Counted from the first letter of the stretch, positions 22,249 through 32,611 are shown. The stretch is DNA of 64,000 nt from an uncultured Chloroflexia bacterium (GCA_963734535.1 CAVTHS010000011.1:71807-135806), one strand, 5' to 3'. The notes: generated by a model from the letters alone, not told the origin. Made by a program: numbers and translations.

Positions 22249-23493
22249 GTGGACCAGTCGCCAAGCTACCTCGGCGTCCTTGTTGCCTTCGGGCTCGTTC
22301 TCGTCAATGGCTTCTTCGTAGCCGCCGAGTTCGCCATCGTCAAGGTTCGCCAGACCCGTCTCACCGAGCTCTCGTCTCAGGGTAACCGGCTGGCGCCGCG
22401 CGCCCACCGGATCGCCGGCCGCCTTGACGCATATCTCGCGGCGACCCAGCTCGGCATCACGATCGCAAGCCTCGGTCTCGGCTGGATCGGTGAGCCGGCG
22501 GTCGCATCGCTGATCGAGGAGCCGCTCGCGCGGCTCGGACTGGGCGAGGCGGCGATCGAGGTGATTGCGTTCGGCCTCGCGTTCGGCTTCATCACGGTCC
22601 TGCACATCACGCTCGGGGAGCTCGCCCCCAAGTCGCTCGCCATCCTGCGCCCCGAGCGGACGGCCCTGGCCGTTGCCTGGCCGCTCGACGTCTTCTATTT
22701 CGTCATGCGCCCGGCGATCGTCCTCCTGAATGGCACTGCCAACCTGCTCCTACGCCTCATCGGGCTCAACCCCGCAACCGAATCCGAGGCCGCGCACTCG
22801 GACGTCGAGCTCCGGCTGCTCCTGGCGTCGAGCGGTGAGCACGGGATCATTGACCCGGTCGAGCAGGAGCTCGCCAGCCGCTCGCTCACGCTCGGTGACC
22901 TGTCGGTCCGCGACGTGCTCGTTCCGCGGACCGCCCTGGACGCGCTCCCGATCCGCCTCTCGGGCGAGGAGGCGCGCCGGCTGGCGCTCCTGTTTCGCCG
23001 GTCACGCCTTCCCGTCTATGCGGACTCGCTCGATGACATCCGCGGCGTGATCGACTGGCCCGACCTGTTCGCCGAACCCGCCAGCGGATGGGCCGCCCGC
23101 ATCAGGCCGCTTCTCGTCGTGCCGGAATCGCTCGCGGCATCAGCCGCGCTCGCACGGCTCCTTGACGCGCGAACCGACGTGGCGCTCGTGCTCGACGAAT
23201 ACGGGGGTACGGCGGGCCTCCTGACCTACCGCGATCTCGTGGGCGAGATCGCCCAGCGCGAGATCCTCTCCGCCGGCCATCTGGCAGGGGACACCCCCGT
23301 CCATCTTGTCGAGGAGTCCCTCGGCATCCGCATGGGCGAGAGCGAGGCGACCACGATCGGCGGGTTCCTCGTCGAGCGCCTCGGTCGGATGGCGGCAACC
23401 GGAGACGAAGTCCAGATCGGGGACTGGCTCTTCCGGGTCGTCGAAGCCGACGGCCATCACGTGCTCCAGGTCGCAGCGACGCGCAGGACCTGA
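22249..23493 (+). CDS. CNNM/CorC/TlyC-family protein (DUF21 membrane domain, CBS pair, CorC_HlyC domain)
   Basis: LVLVNGFFVAAEFAIVKVR ... LAATQLGITIASLGLGWIGE ... GELAPKSLA is the DUF21 region. It is followed by a CBS-pair region and the C-terminal TIGGFLVERLGRMAATGDEVQIGDWLFRVVEADGHHV. Confidence 0.9.
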   Translation: MDQSPSYLGVLVAFGLVLVNGFFVAAEFAIVKVRQTRLTELSSQGNRLAPRAHRIAGRLDAYLAATQLGITIASLGLGWIGEPAVASLIEEPLARLGLGEAAIEVIAFGLAFGFITVLHITLGELAPKSLAILRPERTALAVAWPLDVFYFVMRPAIVLLNGTANLLLRLIGLNPATESEAAHSDVELRLLLASSGEHGIIDPVEQELASRSLTLGDLSVRDVLVPRTALDALPIRLSGEEARRLALLFRRSRLPVYADSLDDIRGVIDWPDLFAEPASGWAARIRPLLVVPESLAASAALARLLDARTDVALVLDEYGGTAGLLTYRDLVGEIAQREILSAGHLAGDTPVHLVEESLGIRMGESEATTIGGFLVERLGRMAATGDEVQIGDWLFRVVEADGHHVLQVAATRRT

Positions 23494-24098
23494 TCGAGGC
23501 GGCATCGGGCGCGGGCGCCATGAGGGAGTGGCTGCCACAGCTCAGCCGGCATGCTGCGAGCGGGACATGCCCGAGATCGACTGGCTCACGCTTGGGCTCT
23601 TCGTCACCTCGCGACGGCGGCCAACCGCCAGCCGCGGCCTTCGATCGGCATGTCGTTGGCTATGCGCTCCTGGCGGCCGGAGGGGTCGTGCCATTCGGCT
23701 CTCGACCCCGTTGGGGGTTCGAGTGGATCGTTCAGCCATGGTCGACGAATGCCCTATGACCGAGGACTGCCCGGGCTACGACCGCGACCTGCAGACGTGC
23801 CTTATCCGTCCGGGCGACTGCGAGTTCAGGCCCGCTGACGGCGAGGCCGCCCTGACATTCGAGACGCCCGAGGCGCTCCCGCTCGACGACTCCGGAGCGT
23901 CAGGGCCGCGATAGGGCCGGAGGGTCGCCGTCAGCCCAGGGCGCCGCGACCGAGTGCTGTCGCGCGGCAGGGGTCAGGCACCGCTCCGCCGCAGACTCGT
24001 CACCCGCGCCCGGCTCCTCGCCGGGCGCGCCGCCCGGCGTCGCTGAGCAGCCGGCGTCGCGTCTCCTCCAGCGGGTCGCTCGACAGCGAGGGTGGATC

Positions 24099-24145
24099 GA
24101 CTCCGTCCCGCCGGGAGGAGGAGGAGGACCCGGCGGGACGGAGTC
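24099..24145 (-). terminator. strong hairpin immediately downstream of araA
   Basis: GACTCCGTCCCGCCGGG-(AGG)4A-CCCGGCGGGACGGAGTC forms a perfect 17-bp stem with a 13-nt loop. It lies 43 nt beyond the araA stop. Confidence 0.55.
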
Positions 24146-24187
24146 GTCAGGGAATGTGCGCGCCCGGGCGCACGTCGTCGCCTCCCG

Positions 24188-25693
24188 TCAGAGGCCACGG
24201 ACCAGGTGGTAGTAGGCCGCGTTCCAGCGAAGCTCTTTCTGGACCGCCGACACCCGAGCCTCCTCGTCGATGAGCACGAACTCGATGCCAGCCATCTCGG
24301 CGAAGTCGGCGAGGGGCTCAGGGCCCACCGCCCGGCTGAGCACCGTGTGGTGCGCACCGCCGGCGATCAGCCAGGCCTCGACCGCCGTGCGCAGGTCGGG
24401 TCTCGGCTGCCACACCGCGCGAGCGACCGGCAGGCGCGGCAGCTCGTGTCCTGCGTCGACGACGTCGACGACGTTGGCGACGATTCTGAATCGCTCGCCG
24501 AGGTCGGTCATGCCCGCGACGACCGCAGGTCCGGTGTCCGAATCGAAGACCAAACGTACCGGATCCGACCTGGAGCCGATGGAGAGTGGGTGGATCTCGC
24601 ACCGCGGGCGGCTGCGGGCGATCGATGGGCAGACCTCCAGCATGTGGGCCCCGAGGACCTTCGGAGCCAGCGGGTCCAGGTCGTACGTGTAGTCCTCCAT
24701 GAACGAGGTGCCACCGGGCAGGCCGGTTGCCATCACCTTCACGAGGCGCACAAGCGCTGCGGTCTTCCAGTCACCCTCAGCCCCGAAGCCGAACCCGTCC
24801 GCCATGAGGCGCTGGACCGCGAGTCCCGGCAGCTGGCGGAGCCCGTCCAGGTTCTCGAACGTGTCCGTGAAAGCGCCGTGCCCGCCGGCTGCGAGGAACC
24901 CCCTCAGGCCGGCCTCGATCCTCGCGGCTTCGAGGAGCGCCTCGCGACGGTCGCCCCCTTCGGCCAGCTCGGGCGCGAGGTCGTACTCCTGCTCGTACTG
25001 CTGGACGAGGTCGTCGATGGCGGCGCCGGGCACCGCCCGGATCGCGTCGCTGAGGTCGCTGACACCGTAGCCGTTGACGGCCACGCCGAGCCGGATCTGG
25101 GCCTCGACCTTGTCTCCCTCGGTGTCCGCGACGTGGCGCATCGTGTCGCCGAAGCGGGCCACCGAGAGGTGCTGCGCCTCCTGCCAGGCGCAGGCCGCCC
25201 GCGCCCACGTGGCGATCCGTCCCACGACCTGCGGATCCTGCCAGTGCCCTGCGACGGTCTTTCGGGCGACCTGCATCCGGGTGGCGAGGTAGCCGAACTC
25301 GCGATCGCCATGGGCCGACTGGTGGAGATTCATGAAGTCCATGTCGATCTCCGACCATGGGAGATCCCGGTTGAACTGCGTGTGAAGGTGGAGCAGGGGC
25401 TTCCGGATCGCCTGGAGCCCGGCGATCCACATCCGTGCCGGAGAGAAGGTGTGCATCCAGAGGATCACGCCGACACACGAGTCGCTCGCGTTTGCATCGC
25501 GACACGTGGTCGCGATCGATTCGGACGAAGTCACGACCGGGCGGTGCACGACGCGCACGGGAAGCACGGGCGAGGAATCGAGCTCGGCCGCGATCCGCTT
25601 GGAGTTGGCGGCCACCTGGCGCAGGGTCTCGTCCCCGTACATCTCCTGGCTTCCGGTGACGAGCCAGACCTCGTACGCGCCCAGGGGCTTCAT
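24188..25693 (-). CDS. araA: L-arabinose isomerase
   Basis: The intact 501-aa ORF begins [31 protein letters not shown]. It also contains [26 protein letters not shown] and FMEDYTYD. The gene sits in an ara context. Confidence 0.95.
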   Translation of the reverse strand: MKPLGAYEVWLVTGSQEMYGDETLRQVAANSKRIAAELDSSPVLPVRVVHRPVVTSSESIATTCRDANASDSCVGVILWMHTFSPARMWIAGLQAIRKPLLHLHTQFNRDLPWSEIDMDFMNLHQSAHGDREFGYLATRMQVARKTVAGHWQDPQVVGRIATWARAACAWQEAQHLSVARFGDTMRHVADTEGDKVEAQIRLGVAVNGYGVSDLSDAIRAVPGAAIDDLVQQYEQEYDLAPELAEGGDRREALLEAARIEAGLRGFLAAGGHGAFTDTFENLDGLRQLPGLAVQRLMADGFGFGAEGDWKTAALVRLVKVMATGLPGGTSFMEDYTYDLDPLAPKVLGAHMLEVCPSIARSRPRCEIHPLSIGSRSDPVRLVFDSDTGPAVVAGMTDLGERFRIVANVVDVVDAGHELPRLPVARAVWQPRPDLRTAVEAWLIAGGAHHTVLSRAVGPEPLADFAEMAGIEFVLIDEEARVSAVQKELRWNAAYYHLVRGL

Positions 25694-25870
25694 CGCAGCA
25701 TCTCGCTTTCACTGGGTGGTGCGGTCCGCACACGGATGGTGCGCGGTCGCCGGTGTTGATCGGACGGCGCTCCGCCCCTCGTCTCGAGCCCGCTGGCTCG
25801 TGATGCGCGCCCGATGGCTGCGGCCCTCGCCGGGCACGGGGCCCAGGCGCAGCCGCGGAACCTCGCGGAG

Positions 25871-26782
25871 CTACTTGTCGGTGATGTCGACGGCATGGCT
25901 CACGAACGTCTTCTGCTGCTTCGACTCGACGCTGACCAGGATGTAGAGACCGGTGACGTCTCCCGGCACCGAGACCTCGGTGGTCCAGTCCGCGGAGTGG
26001 CCAGCCGGGGTGATGGGGGTGTCCGCCAGGTGCGGACTCTCGTAGAAGCCGTAGATGATGCCGTCCGACCCGACCACCGGCGGCGTCCCGATGTGCACGT
26101 ACGTCGGGTACTCGGTGGGGTTGGTCGTCTGCCAGGCGAGCTCGAGGCCATCCGCGTTCCGTGTCGCGCTCGTGAGGCTCAGCGTGCAGTTGTTGATCGC
26201 CACGATCTTGGCGTCAGCCTTCTCGATGACGCCGTCGACCGGGGCGGCGACAGGGTACTTGAGGTCCGCTGACAGCTTGTCGAGATCGACCGCGAGCTTG
26301 GCGCCGATCGGGGCGGTCGGCGAGTAGTAGTTGAAGTCGCCGGTGACGTAGCTGTACGCGATCGAGAGCTTCGCACCGGGCGCCGGCGTGGCACCCGCGC
26401 ATTCGACGTAGATGAGCTGCGTCGCCGGCTTCGCCTTCGTGCCGCCCGTGTAACCGCGGACCTGGAAGCCCGGCGCGATGGACGTGCCGCCGGTCCCGAC
26501 GAAGACGGTTCCGCAGTTGGTCGACGTGCCGTCGCTCGTCGTAAGGACGGCCGGCTGGTTGGGTGTCGCCTGCATCGCGCTCCACGCCCCGGTGTCGTTC
26601 CGGACCGTGATGTCGACGTGAAGCCCGCCATTCGCGGCGTCGACCTTCGTCGCGACGGCGGTCCATGCGCCGGATGCCGCCGGCGAGGGAGAGCTCTCGT
26701 CCTCGGGCGTCACGATGTACCCGCAGCCCGCCAGCACCAGCGCGCAGGCCAATGCCGGGGCCAGCTTCCAGCGCGCTCTCAT
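25871..26782 (-). CDS. lipoprotein of unknown function, two beta-sandwich-like halves (DUF4352/MPT63-like impression only)
   Basis: The lipobox is MRARWKLAPALACALVLAGCG. The mature part is rich in T/G/V strands (LHVDITVRNDTGAWS; LELAWQTTNPTEYPTYVHIG). It lies 16 nt downstream of the extended permease gene and upstream of araA. Confidence 0.6.
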   Translation of the reverse strand: MRARWKLAPALACALVLAGCGYIVTPEDESSPSPAASGAWTAVATKVDAANGGLHVDITVRNDTGAWSAMQATPNQPAVLTTSDGTSTNCGTVFVGTGGTSIAPGFQVRGYTGGTKAKPATQLIYVECAGATPAPGAKLSIAYSYVTGDFNYYSPTAPIGAKLAVDLDKLSADLKYPVAAPVDGVIEKADAKIVAINNCTLSLTSATRNADGLELAWQTTNPTEYPTYVHIGTPPVVGSDGIIYGFYESPHLADTPITPAGHSADWTTEVSVPGDVTGLYILVSVESKQQKTFVSHAVDITDK

Positions 26783-26798
26783 CGTTGGAGTCCCTCGC

Positions 26799-28412
26799 TC
26801 ATTGGGAACCGGCACCGAACTTCGGGAGGATGGTGGACAGTCGGCCGGTCATGAGCCAGTAGTTGGCCGGAGCGGCCGTCCCGCCGTCGACGGCCTTCAC
26901 GGTCTTCACGACGCCCTTGTAGGCGACGGTCGTGTAGTACGTGAAGCACTGCCCACACTGGATCTCCGAGGTCGAGTACATGTTGTCGGTGAACCAGCCC
27001 AGGCTGTCGATCGCGCCGAGCAGCGCCTCGACGTCCGCCGGCGAGGCCTGCTTCTCCATCGTCTGCGCTCCGTTGTCGGCGACGATGCGTCCATCGGCAT
27101 AGATGGCGTACAGCTCGTCGACGCAGCCGGACCCGCCGTTTCGCTCGTACGCGATCACCGCACCATCATTCATGAGCTGGGTGGCCCGATCCTGCCGGAA
27201 CGGCTTGAGCTGGCACCCGGTGCCCGTATCACCCGGCCCGTGGGCCGCGTTCTGGGCACCGAAGACCTGCACGGCCGCGAGGAGCACCACGACGACGACG
27301 GCCCCCGCCAGCACCCGGCGGTCGCGCCAGACGGCGCGTCGCCCGCGGCCGGCCGTGGAGGCTCTGCCCGCGATCCCGAGCCGGCCGGCGGTGATCTGTC
27401 GGGCATTCAGCGTGGCCAGGAGGCTCTGCACGCCGATGAAGACGAGCATCAGCGCGCCGATGACGATGCTGGTCCACCACGAGCTGAGCTGGCCGTTGAA
27501 CTGGATCAGGCTCTGGATCAGGGCCGTGATGAGCACCCCGAAGAGCCCGCCGAGCAGGTAGCCTTCGCCGCCCGTGAGCGCCATCCCACCGATGACCACC
27601 GCCGCGATGGTCGTCAGCTCCATGCCCGTGGCGTGCGTCCCGTGGCCGGAGCCAACGTAGATGCTGTACGCGATTCCGGCGAGCGCCGAGCAGAACCCGC
27701 TCAGCATGTAGACCTGGACCTTGGTCCGGTCGACCCGTAGACCCATCAGGCGCGCGGACTGCTCGTTGAGGCCGTTGTTGCCGCCCATGGCATAGATGGT
27801 TCGGCCGAACTTCGTGAAGTGGGCGATGTACATGCCGACGGCGAGCACCACGAGCGCCACCACGACGAGGATCGTGACGTAGTCACCCTTCTTGGTCACC
27901 GGGTCCGCCAGCCCGGGAATCAGGATGCGCGTCCCGGAAAGCGTCCTGTAGAGCGGGTCGTAGATCCGGATCTCGCTGTCGCTGACGACGAAGGACAACC
28001 CCCGCGCCAGCCACATCCCCGCCAGCGTCGCGATGAATGGCTGCACCTTGAGATAGGCGATGAACGCGCCCATCACGGCGCCGAACAGCACGCCCATCCC
28101 GAGCATCAGGCCGAAGACGAGCCACGGGTCCCAGCCGTCCCTGAGGAGCGCTGCCGTGGCGACGGTCGTCAACGCCAGCACCCCGCTGACGGAGAGGTCG
28201 ATCCCGCCCGAGATGATCACCAGGCCTTCGCCCACGACCAGGATGAGCAGGAACGGGGTGGTGATGAACAGGTTGAAGAACAACTGCCCGTCGCGCATGG
28301 CCGGGAACAAGAAGGTTCCCGCCAGGAACGCGATCGCAAACAGCGCGACGGTCGCACCGACCGGCAGGAACTTCCGGCTGTTCGCGAAGCGCAGGCGCAA
28401 CGTCTGCATCAT
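26799..28412 (-). CDS. sugar ABC transporter permease (YjfF-like) fused in frame to a ~200-aa C-terminal TM plus Cys-containing extracytoplasmic domain
   Basis: MMQTLRLRFANSRKF ... LVIISGGIDLSVSGVLAL ... GRTIYAMGGNNGLNEQSARLMGLRVDRTKV ... is about 335 aa of permease. With no stop it continues RRAVWRDRRVLAGAVVVVVLLAAVQVFGAQNAAHGPGDTGTGCQLKPF ... GGSGCVDELYAIYADGRIV ... SEIQCGQCFTYYTTVAYKG. An ATGA overlap links it to the upstream permease. Confidence 0.8.
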   Translation of the reverse strand: MMQTLRLRFANSRKFLPVGATVALFAIAFLAGTFLFPAMRDGQLFFNLFITTPFLLILVVGEGLVIISGGIDLSVSGVLALTTVATAALLRDGWDPWLVFGLMLGMGVLFGAVMGAFIAYLKVQPFIATLAGMWLARGLSFVVSDSEIRIYDPLYRTLSGTRILIPGLADPVTKKGDYVTILVVVALVVLAVGMYIAHFTKFGRTIYAMGGNNGLNEQSARLMGLRVDRTKVQVYMLSGFCSALAGIAYSIYVGSGHGTHATGMELTTIAAVVIGGMALTGGEGYLLGGLFGVLITALIQSLIQFNGQLSSWWTSIVIGALMLVFIGVQSLLATLNARQITAGRLGIAGRASTAGRGRRAVWRDRRVLAGAVVVVVLLAAVQVFGAQNAAHGPGDTGTGCQLKPFRQDRATQLMNDGAVIAYERNGGSGCVDELYAIYADGRIVADNGAQTMEKQASPADVEALLGAIDSLGWFTDNMYSTSEIQCGQCFTYYTTVAYKGVVKTVKAVDGGTAAPANYWLMTGRLSTILPKFGAGSQ

Positions 28413-29503
28413 GCGGCCGCCTGCCTCCGCGCGACCCGCCCGACGATCCTGCGGCCGAGGTCCTGCACCTGCTGGGAGTAGAGCAGGATCACGACGATCA
28501 CCATGACCGCCTTGACCGCGGTGATCGCGCTGGCGGCCACGCCGATCGCGTACATGGATGTCTGCGTGGCCTGGATGACCAGGGCACCGATGAGACTGCC
28601 CAGCAGCGAGAAGCGGCCTCCCGCCCCGAGGACCGTCCCGCCGATGACGACCGCGAGGATCGCGTCGAGCTCCGTGTACAGGCCAATCTGGTTCGCGTCC
28701 GAGGTCCTGATGCTCGAGACGGCGATCAGCGCTGCGACGCCGGCACAGAAGCCGCAGAACGCGTAGGCGAAGAGCTTGATCCGCTTCTCGTTGATGCCGC
28801 TGTAGAGGCTCGCCCGGAAGCTGATCCCCACCGACTCGACGAAGAGGCCGATCGCCGTTCGTCGCGTCAGCAACCAGGCACCGGCGAACAGGGCGACGAC
28901 GATGAACAGCGAGAACGGCAGCACGATGAAGCCGTTTCCGATGAAGGCGAACGAATCGTTGAAGATGATGATCTTGATCGAGTTGGTGATCAGCTGGGCG
29001 ATGCCCCGACCGGCGATCATCAGGATCAGGGTGGCCACCATCGGCTGGATCCGCCCGAAGGAGACCAGCACGCCGTTCCACAGGCCGCAGACCACGGCCA
29101 CCGCGAGCGACGCCGCGATCACGACCGGGATCGGCACGAAGCTGTAGGTGGGGTCACCGACGACTGCAGTGATGTCCCCCTGGAGATTGAGCCCGACGAT
29201 CCTCGGATCGATGAGGATGCATGCAACGGAGGCAGCGATCGCCATGATCGCGCCAACTGACAGGTCCACCCCGCCCGTCGCGATGACGAGGGTCATCCCG
29301 ATCGCGAGCGCCACCGTCGGGGTGCTGTTGCGCAGGATGTCGACCAGGCTGCCGAACAGGTGACCGTCCCGAACCTCGAGGTTGAAGAAGCCGGGGACGA
29401 ACACGAGGTCGAACAGGAGGATCACCGCGAGCGCGATGATCGGGACGGCGAGCCGACTCTCCCGAAGCGCGTGCCAGCTGAACATGGAGCGGACGGCGCT
29501 CAT
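28409..29503 (-). CDS. sugar ABC transporter permease (YtfT-like)
   Basis: The 364-aa multi-TM protein contains MTLVIATGGVDLSVGAIMAIA ... GLFVESVGISFRASLYSGINEKRIKL. An ATGA overlap links it to the ATPase stop. Confidence 0.9.
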   Translation of the reverse strand: MSAVRSMFSWHALRESRLAVPIIALAVILLFDLVFVPGFFNLEVRDGHLFGSLVDILRNSTPTVALAIGMTLVIATGGVDLSVGAIMAIAASVACILIDPRIVGLNLQGDITAVVGDPTYSFVPIPVVIAASLAVAVVCGLWNGVLVSFGRIQPMVATLILMIAGRGIAQLITNSIKIIIFNDSFAFIGNGFIVLPFSLFIVVALFAGAWLLTRRTAIGLFVESVGISFRASLYSGINEKRIKLFAYAFCGFCAGVAALIAVSSIRTSDANQIGLYTELDAILAVVIGGTVLGAGGRFSLLGSLIGALVIQATQTSMYAIGVAASAITAVKAVMVIVVILLYSQQVQDLGRRIVGRVARRQAAA

Positions 29504-31020
29504 GCCTCGCCCCCAGCAATCGCGCGCATGATCTCCCGTTCGTCCACCTCGCCGGCGAACTCGGTCACCTTCGCACGGTCCCGCATCACGACGACGCGGT
29601 GGCTCGTGCGCAGCACCTCCTCGAGCTCGGAGGAGATGAAGATGCACGACTTGCCCTCTTCGGCGAGCGAGAGGACGAGCTTCTGGATGTCTGCTTTCGT
29701 CCCCACGTCGATGCCGCGGGTCGGCTCATCGAGGATCAGCAGGCGTGGATTGGTCGCCAGCCAGCGGGCGAGGATGACTTTCTGCTGGTTCCCGCCGCTC
29801 AGGTTCCTGACGGGCTGATCGGCCGACGGCGTCGCGATGTTCAGGAGCTTGATGTATTTACCGGCGATCGCGTACTGGTCGCTCGTGCTCAGGTGCCGGA
29901 ACCAGCCCCGGCTGGCCTGCATCGCCATGATGATGTTCTCTCGCACGGTCAGGTCGGCCACGATCCCTTCGGCCTTTCTGTCCTCGGGGCAGAGCGCAAC
30001 GCCTCGCTCGATGGAACCGATCGGCGAGAAGTTGCGAACAGGCTTGCCGTCCATCGTCAGGGAGCCCGCCGTCGGCTGGTCGATCCCGAAGAGCAGCTGG
30101 GCCATCTCGGTCCGCCCGGAGCCGAGCAGGCCGGCCAGGCCAACAACCTCTCCAGCGTGCAGGACGAGGTCGAACGGAGCGATCGACCCGACGAGGCCGA
30201 CCCCGTCCGCCTCGAGCAGCGGCTCGGTCCCGATGTGCTGGCTGCTCTCGATCTTGTGCCGGCTGATGTCGTCGAGCTCGGTCAGGCTCCGTCCCAGCAT
30301 GAGCGTGATGAGAGTCAGGCGCGGCAGGGCCGCCGTCTCGTACACGCCGACGAGCGCCCCGTTCCGGAGGATCGTGACGCGATCGCTCACCTCGTAGACC
30401 TGGTCGAGGAAGTGGGTGATGAACAGGATCGCAATTCCCTCGCCCTTCAGCTTGCGCATCACCCGGAAGAGCTGGTCCGTCTCGTGGCCCGTCAGGCTCG
30501 ACGTCGGCTCGTCCAGGACCAGGACCTTGGCCGACGAGATCACGAGGGCTCGCGCGATGGCCGCCATCTGCTGGATGGCGATCGAATAGGAGCCCAGGGG
30601 TCGGGTGACGTCGATCTCGACGTCCAGCCCGCGGAGTATCTCCCGGGCCTCGCGGTTCATCGCGTTCCAGTCCACGTGCCCCAGCCTCATCGGCTGCCGG
30701 CCGATCAGGAGGTTCTCCGCGACCGTCAGGTTGGGGCAGAGGTTGACCTCCTGGTACACCGTGCTGATGCCGAGCGACTGGGCGTGCAGCGGCGAGCGGA
30801 TCGCGACCTCGACGCCGTCCAGGGTGATCCTGCCGTGGTCGGGTCGTTCCACGCCGGTCAGGACCTTGATCAGCGTCGACTTGCCGGCGCCGTTCTCCCC
30901 GACCAGGGCATGGATCTCGCCGCTCGCGAGCGTGAGATTCACCTGCTTGAGCGCCTGCACGCCCGGGAACAACTTGTCGATGCTTTCCATCACGACAATG
31001 TCGCGGGCGGGATCGGTCAT
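29500..31020 (-). CDS. sugar ABC transporter ATP-binding protein, duplicated ATPase (YtfR/RbsA-like)
   Basis: Two cassettes are present. The first has GENGAGKSTL, IAIQQMAAIARAL and LVLDEPTSSL. The second has GLLGSGRTE, LSGGNQQKV and LILDEPTRGIDV. Confidence 0.95.
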   Translation of the reverse strand: MTDPARDIVVMESIDKLFPGVQALKQVNLTLASGEIHALVGENGAGKSTLIKVLTGVERPDHGRITLDGVEVAIRSPLHAQSLGISTVYQEVNLCPNLTVAENLLIGRQPMRLGHVDWNAMNREAREILRGLDVEIDVTRPLGSYSIAIQQMAAIARALVISSAKVLVLDEPTSSLTGHETDQLFRVMRKLKGEGIAILFITHFLDQVYEVSDRVTILRNGALVGVYETAALPRLTLITLMLGRSLTELDDISRHKIESSQHIGTEPLLEADGVGLVGSIAPFDLVLHAGEVVGLAGLLGSGRTEMAQLLFGIDQPTAGSLTMDGKPVRNFSPIGSIERGVALCPEDRKAEGIVADLTVRENIIMAMQASRGWFRHLSTSDQYAIAGKYIKLLNIATPSADQPVRNLSGGNQQKVILARWLATNPRLLILDEPTRGIDVGTKADIQKLVLSLAEEGKSCIFISSELEEVLRTSHRVVVMRDRAKVTEFAGEVDEREIMRAIAGGEA

Positions 31021-31141
31021 GACGAACCTCTGTCCCGAAGATCTCGGACTCCGCGCCTCACACGCGCGGCCTCGGTCAGGGCGTCGAGGAGGAGAGGAGG
31101 TGTGCGGCCACCTCTCCTCCCGCGCGACTGATCGGATGACG

Positions 31142-31163
31142 CCGGAGCGGTCACCCGCTCCGG
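31142..31163 (-). other. intercistronic hairpin between the binding-protein gene and the ATPase gene
   Basis: CCGGAGCGG-TCAC-CCGCTCCGG forms a perfect 9-bp stem, 8 nt after the binding-protein stop. Confidence 0.4.
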
Positions 31164-31170
31164 ACGGCAC

Positions 31171-32272
31171 CTAGTACTTGCGGGTCGCCAGGATCGCCGT
31201 GAGTGCGTCCGCGCCCTGGGCGGCGAAGAACTCGCCTTCCTGCGACGGGACCCACTTCGGCAGCGATGTGTCGCCGTTCAGAGCCTTCAGGGCCGCGTCG
31301 TAGACCTGCGGCGCGAGAAGCGGGTTGCACTCGATGTCCGCGCCAAGCTCGCCGGAGATCAGGGCCTTGAAGCCGTTGGCGGTCGCGTCGACGCCGATGA
31401 CCTGGATGTCCTTGCCGGGCACGAGGCCGGCTTCCTTGATCGCCTGGATGGCGCCGATGGCCTCTTCGTCGTTGTGGGCGAAGACGCCCTGGATGTCCTT
31501 GGTCTTCTTGAGGAAGGCTTCCATGACGGCCTTCGACTCCGGGACGCCCCAGTTGCCCGTCTGGCTCAGGCCATCGGGGATCGTGATCCCGCAGTCGCCC
31601 ATCTTCTCGCGGAAGCCCTTCGCGCGATCGATGCCGGCGGATGCGCCGACGGCGCCGGTGATCTCGGCAACGTTCTTCTTGGGGCTGTCCTTGAGCAGGT
31701 CGCACATCGCCTTGGCGGCCTTCTGCCCTTCGAGGTTGAAGTCCGAGCCGATGTAGGTGTAGTACAGGCTGGGGTCGGCGTCGATGCGGCGGTCCTCGAG
31801 GACGACCACCTTGCCGGCCGCCTTGGCCTCCTTGAGGACGTCGTCATAGCCGGTCACGTCGAGCGCCGCGAGGATGATCACGTTGACCGACGGGTCCTGG
31901 TTGAACTGGTGGAACGCCGAGACCTGGTTCTCGAGCTTGTTCTGGGCGTCGTAGAACTTCAGGGTGATGCCCTTCTGGGTCGCGGTCTCCTTGAAGGAGG
32001 CGGTGTTGGCGGCGCGCCAACCGCTCTCGGACCCCGTCTGGATGAAGCCGACGGTCATGTCCGCGAATGTCTTGGCGGCGGCAGCGACGCTCGGAGCAGC
32101 GCCGGGCGGCGCTCGGAGCGGCGCTCGGAGCGGCGACACTCGCGGCCGCGCTCGGGGCGACGCTCGGTGCAGCGGCGCTTGGCGCGGTCGTGGCGCCCGA
32201 CGAGCAGGCGCCGACCAAGGCGGTCATCGCCAGCGCCATCGCGATCCGGGGGAGGAATCCTGTCTTCTGCAT
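31171..32272 (-). pseudogene. periplasmic-type sugar-binding lipoprotein (YtfQ-like), one +1 frame change in the signal/linker region near 32100
   Basis: The lipobox MQKTGFLPRIAMALAMTALVGACSSG and an Ala/Pro/Ser linker are in one frame. The mature domain is in the next frame: FADMTVGFIQTGSESGWRAANTASFKETATQKGITLKFYDAQNK ... VFAHNDEEAIGAIQAIKEAG. Confidence 0.85.
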
Positions 32273-32611
32273 TGTCTGGTCTCCGTGTCTCTGCGTGACC
32301 AACGAGGTACCGAGAGAGCTCGCCCCACGACGAGGGCGACATTGCCGGGAGGGCGCAGAGGGGGACGCTCACTGCGCCGCGGCGCATCAGGTGGTTCCGG
32401 ATACCATCGGCACTCCTCCGCGACGGCCATCTGGGCGGGGTACTCGGCAGAACGCTGGCCGCGGCGAGCACGCGTGGTCGTGGTCGTCCCAGTCGCGAGG
32501 TCGGCCGAGCGGACGTGGCGCGCCGCGGGCGTCTGCCTGACGAAGTGGCGGCGTGCGTTCCGCGGGCCAGATCCGGGATCGAGACTCGTGCTTGCCGGGT
32601 GCTCGCCTCCC

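Noticed and set aside
23690-23725. A tRNA-like T-arm sequence, GGGGGTTCGAGTGG.
   Set aside because: No acceptor, D or anticodon arms can be built around it.
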